From: Chromatiales bacterium
Lineage (GTDB): Bacteria; Pseudomonadota; Gammaproteobacteria; CAMYNG01
Assembly: GCA_027021685.1 (NCBI GenBank)
Contig: JALUTW010000332.1
Coordinates: 1 to 33,721 of the forward strand
Reading direction: 5' to 3'
DNA: 33,721 bases
Position numbers and translations under genes: made by a program. Shown piece after piece: positions 26,499 through 33,721 of the stretch; position 1 is the first letter of the stretch, and each line of letters opens with the position of its first letter. The notes beneath the pieces were generated by a model. It was not told the DNA's origin. It saw nothing but the letters and a program-made list of their open reading frames with translations, and made no database searches.

Positions 26499-26561
26499 TG
26501 AGGGATAATGACCCGGCCGGGCCGCCGCCGGCATCCGACCGTTGACCTCTGAGATCTGAAC

Positions 26562-27086
26562 ATGATCCGCATCCTCGGCATCGATCCCGGCTCCCAGGTC
26601 ACCGGCTACGGTCTCATCGATGCCGGACGGGGGCAGGCGGTGTGCGTGACCTTCGGCTGCATCCGGCCCCGGGGTGGAACCCTGGCCGAGCGCCTGCACG
26701 GGATCCAGGCGGCGCTGGAAGCACTGGTGGACGAACACCGGCCACAGGAGGCCGCGGTGGAGCGGGTCTACGTGCACCGCAACGTGGAATCGGCACTCAA
26801 GCTGGGCCAGGCCCGGGGGGCCGCCCTGGCGGCGGTGGCCGGGTGCGGCCTGCCGGTGCACGAGTACACCCCGGCCCAGATCAAGCAGGCCGTCACCGGC
26901 CGTGGCAACGCGGCCAAGGTGCAGGTCCAGCACATGGTGAAGGCCCTGCTGGGGCTGCATCGCTCGCCGGCGGCCGACGCCGCCGATGCCCTGGCCATGG
27001 CCCTGTGCCACGGCCACCTGCGCGAGACCCTGGCCCGGTTGCCGGCCGGCACGCGCCGCGGCCGTGCCCGCGGGCGCCGGCGCTGA
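26562..27086 (+). CDS. ruvC: crossover junction endodeoxyribonuclease RuvC
   Basis: 174 aa with MIRILGIDPGSQVTGYG and a C-terminal DAADALA motif. Confidence 0.95.
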   Translation: MIRILGIDPGSQVTGYGLIDAGRGQAVCVTFGCIRPRGGTLAERLHGIQAALEALVDEHRPQEAAVERVYVHRNVESALKLGQARGAALAAVAGCGLPVHEYTPAQIKQAVTGRGNAAKVQVQHMVKALLGLHRSPAADAADALAMALCHGHLRETLARLPAGTRRGRARGRRR

Positions 27087-27096
27087 GGGGGCGGAT

Positions 27097-27702
27097 GTGA
27101 TCGGGCGCCTGCGCGGCATCCTGCTGGAGAAGCACCCTCCCCGGCTGCTGGTGGAGGCCGGGGGAGTGGGGTACGAGCTGGAGGCGCCCATGTCCACCTT
27201 CTACCGGCTGCCGGCCACGGGCAGCGAGGTGGTGCTGCACACCCACCTGGTGGTGCGGGACGACGCCCACCTGCTGTTTGCCTTTGCCAGCGAGGCCGAG
27301 CGCAGCCTGTTCCGCAGCCTCATCCGGGTCAACGGCGTGGGGGCCAGGCTGGCGCTCACCATCCTGTCCGGCATGGAGGCCGGCGACTTCGCCCGTTGCG
27401 TGCAGGAGGGCGATGCCGCGGCGCTCACCCGGCTGCCCGGCGTGGGCAAGAAGACCGCCGAGCGGCTGGTGGTGGAGATGCGCGACCGGCTGGACGACTG
27501 GCAGCCGGTGCCCGCGGCCGCCGCCGCCGCCGGGCCGGTCCCGGCCGCCGCCCCGGACCCGGAGCGCGAGGCGGTCGATGCCCTGGTGGCCCTGGGCTAC
27601 CGGCCGGCCGAGGCCGCGCGCATGGTCTCGCGGCTGGACATCGAGGGGATGGCCAGCGAAGATATCATCCGTGCGGCATTGAAGGCCTCGCTCAAGGGCT
27701 GA
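27097..27702 (+). CDS. ruvA: Holliday junction branch migration complex subunit RuvA
   Basis: 201 aa from GTG 27097, giving (M)IGRLRGIL. It has the HhH motif [12 protein letters not shown] and a C-terminal domain III. Confidence 0.92.
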   Translation: MIGRLRGILLEKHPPRLLVEAGGVGYELEAPMSTFYRLPATGSEVVLHTHLVVRDDAHLLFAFASEAERSLFRSLIRVNGVGARLALTILSGMEAGDFARCVQEGDAAALTRLPGVGKKTAERLVVEMRDRLDDWQPVPAAAAAAGPVPAAAPDPEREAVDALVALGYRPAEAARMVSRLDIEGMASEDIIRAALKASLKG

Positions 27703-27727
27703 GGTCCCGCCGGCGGGGGAGGAGCGG

Positions 27728-28773
<1,046 letters not shown>

Positions 28774-28774
<1 letters not shown>

Positions 28775-28835
28775 AACCGGTTCCGGTGCGGCGCGGATTC
28801 ACGGCGCAGCCCGCACCCCATTTCGGAACCGGTTC
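28774..28835 (+). other. two-part stem-loop formed by two GAACCGGTTC palindromes flanking a GGTGCGG/CCGCACC stem (possible ruvB terminator or paired operator)
   Basis: 28774-28784 pairs with 28825-28835 (11 bp), and 28785-28791 pairs with 28811-28817 (7 bp). The structure starts at the last base of the ruvB stop codon. No T-tract follows. Confidence 0.4.
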
Positions 28836-28925
28836 CTGAGTCCGCCCCGAGCCCGCCACCATTCGCCACCTTTGGGTTTCGCCGGGCCATTTCGCGGCCT
28901 CATCCTCCCGGCCATGGACAGGTTC

Positions 28926-29201
28926 TATAGAACCTATCTCAGAATTCCGCGCGTGTCGCGTTGTGAGTCCACGGCCGCGCCGGCAAGGCGCGCCGCGCAG
29001 CACAGTACTCGTTGTACGGGCCAGCGGTGCAACGCCGCCGGCGTGGGCGTGGCTCGCAACCCCTTGGGGCGCCGGCGATTTTCTCCCGGGTCTCCGCCGT
29101 GGCGAAACCTGCCGGTATTGTCTCCAGCCAGACCACGTTCGTGGCGCTCTCCGAAAATCGCCAGGCGCGCGGCCGTGGGGAATTTTGAGATAGGTTCTAT
29201 A
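28926..29201. mobile_element. 276-bp non-coding element bounded by 23-bp terminal inverted repeats (MITE-like, or a long-stem structured RNA)
   Basis: The left arm TATAGAACCTATCTCAGAATTCC (28926-28948) matches the reverse complement of GGAATTTTGAGATAGGTTCTATA (29179-29201) at 22 of 23 positions. A second, perfect 12-bp arm pairs 28969-28980 with 29167-29178. Both ends carry TA. No credible ORF lies inside. Confidence 0.45.
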
Positions 29202-29203
29202 AT
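29198..29203 (+). promoter_or_regulatory. perfect TATAAT hexamer spanning the right inverted-repeat/flank junction (candidate -10 box for ybgC-tol)
   Basis: TATAAT at 29198-29203, 32 nt upstream of the ybgC ATG at 29235. There is no consensus -35 element. Confidence 0.25.
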
Positions 29204-29234
29204 GGTGCGGATTCGACAGCGCCACGGGGTGGGC

Positions 29235-29666
29235 ATGAGCGAAAGCGTGAAGCCGTTCCTATGGGAGGTGCGGGTATATTACGAAGATACGGACGCCGGC
29301 GGGGTGGTGTACTACGCCAACTACCTGCGGTTCATGGAACGGGCCCGTACCGAGTGGCTGCGCCAGCTCGGCTTCGAACAGGATGAACTCATCGAAAAGA
29401 CCGCGGTCCTATTTGCCGTGCGCTCGGCCCGCCTGGAGTTTCTCCGCCCCGCGCATTTCAACCAGTTGCTGCAGGTGAGCGTGGAGCCGGTCCGGGTGGG
29501 GCGGGCCAGCATGACGTTCCGCCAGCAGGTGCGCGTGGCCGGGACCGACACCGTCTGCTGCGAAGGGGAGGTGCGCGTCGCCAGCCTCGATGCACGGACG
29601 CTGCGGCCGCGCCCCATCCCCCGGTTCGTGCACGAGCGCCTGCCGGCCGCCCATGAGGAAAACTAA
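29235..29666 (+). CDS. ybgC: tol-pal system-associated acyl-CoA thioesterase (4HBT family)
   Basis: 143 aa with RVYYEDTDAGGVVYYANYLRFMERAR, sitting directly upstream of tolQ. An alternative ATG at 29202 would add 11 aa. Confidence 0.85.
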   Translation: MSESVKPFLWEVRVYYEDTDAGGVVYYANYLRFMERARTEWLRQLGFEQDELIEKTAVLFAVRSARLEFLRPAHFNQLLQVSVEPVRVGRASMTFRQQVRVAGTDTVCCEGEVRVASLDARTLRPRPIPRFVHERLPAAHEEN

Positions 29667-29675
29667 GGAGAAGCG

Positions 29676-30347
29676 GTGACTGCGGATCTCTCGGTATTCA
29701 ATCTCATCCTGCACGCCAGCCTGGTGGTGCAGATCGTGATGGTCCTGCTGCTGGTGGCCTCGGTCCTCTCCTGGACCGCCATCGGCGCCAAGTGGTCCAC
29801 CCTGCGGCGGGCCCGGGCCGAGGCGGACGACTTCGAGCGCCGCTTCTGGTCGGGCGCCGAGCTGGGCGAGCTGTACAAGAAGATCAGCGGCCGCGGCCGG
29901 CGCCTGGGCGGCATGGAGGTGATCTTCGAGGCGGGCTTCCGCGAGTTCGCGCGCCTGCGCCAGAAGGCCGGGATGGCGGCGGAGACGGTGCTGGCCGGGG
30001 CCCAGCGCGCCATGCGCGTGGCGCTCAACCGCGAGGTGGACGGCCTGGAGACCCACCTGTCCTTTCTCGCCACGGTGGGATCCACCAGCCCCTACGTGGG
30101 GCTGTTCGGCACCGTGTGGGGCATCATGAACTCGTTCCTGGCCCTGGGCGGCAAGGACCACGTCACCATCGCCACCGTGGCGCCGGGCATCGCCGAGGCG
30201 CTCATTGCCACCGCCATGGGGCTGTTCGCCGCGATACCCGCGGTCATCGCCTACAACCGGTTCTCCAGCGAGGTGGACCGGCTGGTGGGGCGCTACGACA
30301 CCTTCGTGGAGGAGTTTTCCTCCATCCTGCAGCGCCAGGCCCAGTGA
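29676..30347 (+). CDS. tolQ: Tol-Pal system protein TolQ
   Basis: 223 aa from GTG 29676, preceded by AAGGAG at 29665-29670. MotA/TolQ/ExbB pattern: SPYVGLFGTVWGIM and APGIAEALIATAMGL. Confidence 0.93.
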   Translation: MTADLSVFNLILHASLVVQIVMVLLLVASVLSWTAIGAKWSTLRRARAEADDFERRFWSGAELGELYKKISGRGRRLGGMEVIFEAGFREFARLRQKAGMAAETVLAGAQRAMRVALNREVDGLETHLSFLATVGSTSPYVGLFGTVWGIMNSFLALGGKDHVTIATVAPGIAEALIATAMGLFAAIPAVIAYNRFSSEVDRLVGRYDTFVEEFSSILQRQAQ

Positions 30348-30381
30348 GGAAACCCCAGGTGGACGCGGCGGCGTTTGAACC

Positions 30382-30819
<438 letters not shown>

Positions 30820-30826
30820 TGCCGAT

Positions 30827-31708
30827 ATGATTGCATTCATCCGCCAGCATCCCGTGGCCCTGGCCGTGGCCATCGTGATCCACGCGGTGTTCTTCGCCAT
30901 CCTGGTGCTGAGCTTCCGCTACTCCCGGCCCACCACCGCCGAGCAGCCGCAGGTGGAGGTGGTGCAGGCGGTGGCGGTGGACGAGGCCAGGGTCAAGCGC
31001 GAGCTGGAGCGGATCAAGGCCGCCGAGCGCAGGCGCGAGCAGAAGGTCAAGGCCATGGAAGCGGCGCGCAAGCGCGAGGAGAGGCGCCTGGCCGAGCTGC
31101 GGCGCAAGCGGGAGGCCGAGCGCAGGCGCCAGGCGGAGCTGGAGCGCAAGCGCCGGGCCGAGAAAAGGCGCCTGGCCGAGCTCAGGCGCAAGCAGGCCGA
31201 GGAGAAGAAGCGCCTGGCGAAGCTGGAGGCGGAGAAGAAGGCCCTGGCCGAGAAGCGGCGCCGGGAGCAGGAACGCCTCGCGGCGCTGGAGCGCCAGCGC
31301 CGGGAGGCCGAGCGGCGCCGGCGGGAGGAGGCCGCTCGGGCCCGGGCCGAGGCCGAGCTGAAGAAGAAGCTGGAGGCCGAGCAGCAGCGGCTGGCGGCCC
31401 TGCAGGCGCAGCAGCGCCAGTCGGAGATCGATCGCTACCAGCAGCTCATCTATGCCGAGGTCTACCGCAACTGGACGGTGCCGCCGGGGGCGCGCCAGGG
31501 CATGTCGGCCGAGCTGCGGGTGCGGCTGATTCCCAGCGGCGACGTGGTCACCGTGGACATCGCCCGCTCCAGCGGCGACGCGGTGTTCGACCGCTCCGCC
31601 ATGCAGGCGGTGCGCAAGGCCTCGCCCCTGCCGGTGCCGCCGGTGGATTCCGGCCTGTTCGAGGAGTTCAGACAGATCAACCTGGTGCTGAGAAAGAAGG
31701 AAACATGA
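30827..31708 (+). CDS. tolA: Tol-Pal system protein TolA
   Basis: 293 aa: an N-terminal TM helix, a long Lys/Arg/Glu/Ala-rich helical domain II and a globular C-terminal domain. Its stop overlaps the tolB start (ATGA). Confidence 0.85.
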   Translation: MIAFIRQHPVALAVAIVIHAVFFAILVLSFRYSRPTTAEQPQVEVVQAVAVDEARVKRELERIKAAERRREQKVKAMEAARKREERRLAELRRKREAERRRQAELERKRRAEKRRLAELRRKQAEEKKRLAKLEAEKKALAEKRRREQERLAALERQRREAERRRREEAARARAEAELKKKLEAEQQRLAALQAQQRQSEIDRYQQLIYAEVYRNWTVPPGARQGMSAELRVRLIPSGDVVTVDIARSSGDAVFDRSAMQAVRKASPLPVPPVDSGLFEEFRQINLVLRKKET

Positions 31709-33012
31709 CCCGTCATCTGCACATCTGGATGCTTGCCGCACTGCTGGCCTGGCCCCTGTCCGGCCGCGCCACCCTGACCATCGAGATCGAGAAGGGCGAG
31801 GCCGACGCCATTCCCATCGCCGTGGTGCCGTTCGGGTGGCAGGGCCCGCGCCGGGCGCCCCTGGACGTGGCGGCGGTGGTGCGCAGCGACCTGGCCCGTT
31901 CCGGCCGCTTCGCGCCGGTGCCGGTGGCGGATCTCGTGGCCCGGCCCACGACCGCGGCCCAGGTGCGCTATCCCGACTGGCGCGTGCTCAAGGTCAACAG
32001 CCTGGTGGTGGGGCGCATGGTGGAAACGGAGCGCAACCGCTTCCGCATCGATTTCCAGCTGCTGGACGTGGTCAACGGCCAGCAGATCGCGGGCTACAGC
32101 ATCCGCGCCGGCGTCCGCGACCTGCGCCGGGCCGCGCACCAGATCAGCGACCTGGTGTTCGAGGCCCTCACCGGCATCCCCGGCGCCTTCGACACCCGCA
32201 TCGCCTACGTCACGGTGACGGCCGACCGGCGCGGGCGCAAGACCTACCGCCTGGCCATCTCCGACGTGGACGGCTACAACGAACAGGTCCTGCTCACCTC
32301 GCCCAACCCCATCCTGTCCCCGGCCTGGGCCCCGGACGGGGAGCGCATCGCCTACGTCTCGGTGACGCCGAAGGGGCCGGTGATCTATATCCAGAACGTG
32401 TACAACCGCCGGGCGCGAAAGCTCAAGCGCTTCCCGGGGCTCAACAACGCCCCGGCCTTCTCGCCCGACGGGCGTACCCTGGCGGTGACCCTGTCCAAGG
32501 ACGGCAGCGCCGACATCTACCTGTACGATCTGAAGACCGACCGGGTCACCCGCATCACCCGCAGCCCCGCCATCGACGTGGAGGCGGCCTGGCTGCCCGA
32601 CGGCTCCGGCCTGGTGTTCACCTCGGACCGCGGCGGCACGCCCCAGCTCTACCGCATCGCCCTGCGCGGCGGTCGGCCGGCGGGCCGCCCGCAGCGGCTC
32701 ACCTTCAGCGGCAAGTACAATGCCCGCGCCTCGGTGTCGCCGGACGGCCGGCGCGTGGCCTTCGTCCACGATCACCGCATTGCCCTGCTGGACCTGGAGA
32801 CCCTGGCCATCAAGGTCCTCACCGAGACCCGGCTGGACGAGTCCCCCAGCTTCGCCCCCAACGGCGACATGGTGATCTATGCCACCCGGGACGGCAGCGC
32901 CGGGGTGCTGGCCGCCATCTCGGTGGAGGGGCGTGCGCCGCAGACGCTGAGCGTCACCCGGGGCGAGATCCGGGAGCCGGCCTGGTCCCCGCTGCGCCGG
33001 CGCAACTTCTGA
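31705..33012 (+). CDS. tolB: Tol-Pal system beta-propeller protein TolB
   Basis: 435 aa with a signal peptide and repeated PAWAPDG / PAFSPDG / SPDG propeller motifs. Confidence 0.93.
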   Translation: MTRHLHIWMLAALLAWPLSGRATLTIEIEKGEADAIPIAVVPFGWQGPRRAPLDVAAVVRSDLARSGRFAPVPVADLVARPTTAAQVRYPDWRVLKVNSLVVGRMVETERNRFRIDFQLLDVVNGQQIAGYSIRAGVRDLRRAAHQISDLVFEALTGIPGAFDTRIAYVTVTADRRGRKTYRLAISDVDGYNEQVLLTSPNPILSPAWAPDGERIAYVSVTPKGPVIYIQNVYNRRARKLKRFPGLNNAPAFSPDGRTLAVTLSKDGSADIYLYDLKTDRVTRITRSPAIDVEAAWLPDGSGLVFTSDRGGTPQLYRIALRGGRPAGRPQRLTFSGKYNARASVSPDGRRVAFVHDHRIALLDLETLAIKVLTETRLDESPSFAPNGDMVIYATRDGSAGVLAAISVEGRAPQTLSVTRGEIREPAWSPLRRRNF

Positions 33013-33047
33013 ATCCTGCACATGCCAAGACCCAAAGGAGACAAGCC

Positions 33048-33578
33048 ATGGACCGTCTGCTGAAAATCGTTTTCGTCACCGGGCTCATGCTGGGCCTGGC
33101 CGCCTGCGCCGGACCGGCGAAGGAAGGAGAGGGGGCGGCCGGAGGCGGCGGCCCCGCCGCGAGTGGTGGCGACACCCGCCGTGCGGCCGAAGCCGGCGGA
33201 CCCGTCGACGCCAAGACCCTGCTCAGTGATCCCAACAGCCCCCTGGCCAAGCGGGTGTTCTACTTCGATTTCGACAGCGCGGAAGTGAGTGCCGAGGACC
33301 GGGCGGCGCTGCGGGCCCATGCGGAGTTCCTCGCGGCTCATCCCGGGATCAGCGCGGTGCTGGAAGGCCATGCCGACGAGCGGGGCACGCGCGAGTATAA
33401 TATGGCCCTCGGCGAGCGGCGGGCCAAGGCGGTGGCCAAGCTGCTGGTGCTGCAGGGGGCCGACCGCGGCCAGCTCCAGACCATCAGCTTCGGCGAGGAA
33501 CGCCCGGTGGCGCTGGGCCACGACGAGGAGGCCTGGCGGCTCAACCGGCGGGTGGAGATTCTCTATTCGGGGTACTGA
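33048..33578 (+). CDS. pal: peptidoglycan-associated lipoprotein Pal
   Basis: 176 aa from ATG 33048, preceded by AAAGGAG. It has the lipobox LGLAAC and an OmpA-like C-terminus (GHADERGTREYNMALGERRA, NRRVEI). Confidence 0.92.
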   Translation: MDRLLKIVFVTGLMLGLAACAGPAKEGEGAAGGGGPAASGGDTRRAAEAGGPVDAKTLLSDPNSPLAKRVFYFDFDSAEVSAEDRAALRAHAEFLAAHPGISAVLEGHADERGTREYNMALGERRAKAVAKLLVLQGADRGQLQTISFGEERPVALGHDEEAWRLNRRVEILYSGY

Positions 33579-33690
33579 TTCCATGCACATGCGCACCTCA
33601 GGGATCCCCTCATTTTTCATGGTGGATAGTGCTTGCAAGTTATTGATTGGAGGATCATTGTTGGAGTCCTCAGAGCTGGGAGGACCGACG

Positions 33691-33721
33691 ATGAAGACAC
33701 CGAGTGGGCTGCGCCAGAGCG
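33691..33721 (+). CDS. 5' fragment of an ORF; by position possibly CpoB/YbgF
   Basis: ATG 33691 is preceded by GGGAGG at 33678-33683. Only 10 codons (MKTPSGLRQS) are visible. The call rests solely on the usual tol-pal-ybgF order. Confidence 0.25.
   Translation, partial: MKTPSGLRQS

Noticed and set aside
26454-27096. SOS (LexA) box upstream of ruvC or ruvA
   Set aside because: No CTGT-N8-ACAG match was seen. ruvA starts only 10 nt after ruvC, leaving no room for an operator.

Overview
This is a high-GC, densely coding chromosomal segment of gammaproteobacterial type; its gene order resembles Pseudomonas/Chromatiales. Most of it is housekeeping. In order: minus-strand pepA-holC-orf162; lptF-lptG; an RDD membrane protein; three tandem small paralogous genes that look DUF2173/Roadblock-like; purL; an HD-GYP phosphodiesterase; a yadG/yadH-like ABC-2 transporter preceded by a 7-bp tandem repeat; a membrane GGDEF-EAL protein; a minus-strand DsrE-like/DUF1614/SDR operon; fmdB-aspS; a four-gene module (CHASE2-Ser/Thr kinase, PP2C phosphatase, two FHA proteins); yebC-ruvC-ruvA-ruvB; a 460-bp structured spacer holding a 276-bp element bounded by 23-bp inverted repeats; and ybgC-tolQ-tolR-tolA-tolB-pal. 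I recognised no rRNA, tRNA, CRISPR array, transposase, integrase or phage gene. Most long ORFs antisense or out of frame to these genes are high-GC artefacts. The best candidates for something undescribed are: (1) the orphan operon of three Cys-containing Roadblock-like paralogs with a near-consensus promoter; (2) the kinase/phosphatase/FHA module sitting inside an otherwise conserved aspS-yebC-ruvCAB-tol block; (3) the inverted-repeat-bounded, MITE-like or structured-RNA element with recurrent GGTTC/GAACC half-sites between ruvB and ybgC; (4) several short tandem repeat arrays in intergenic regions. All family assignments come from motif recognition by eye, not from searches.
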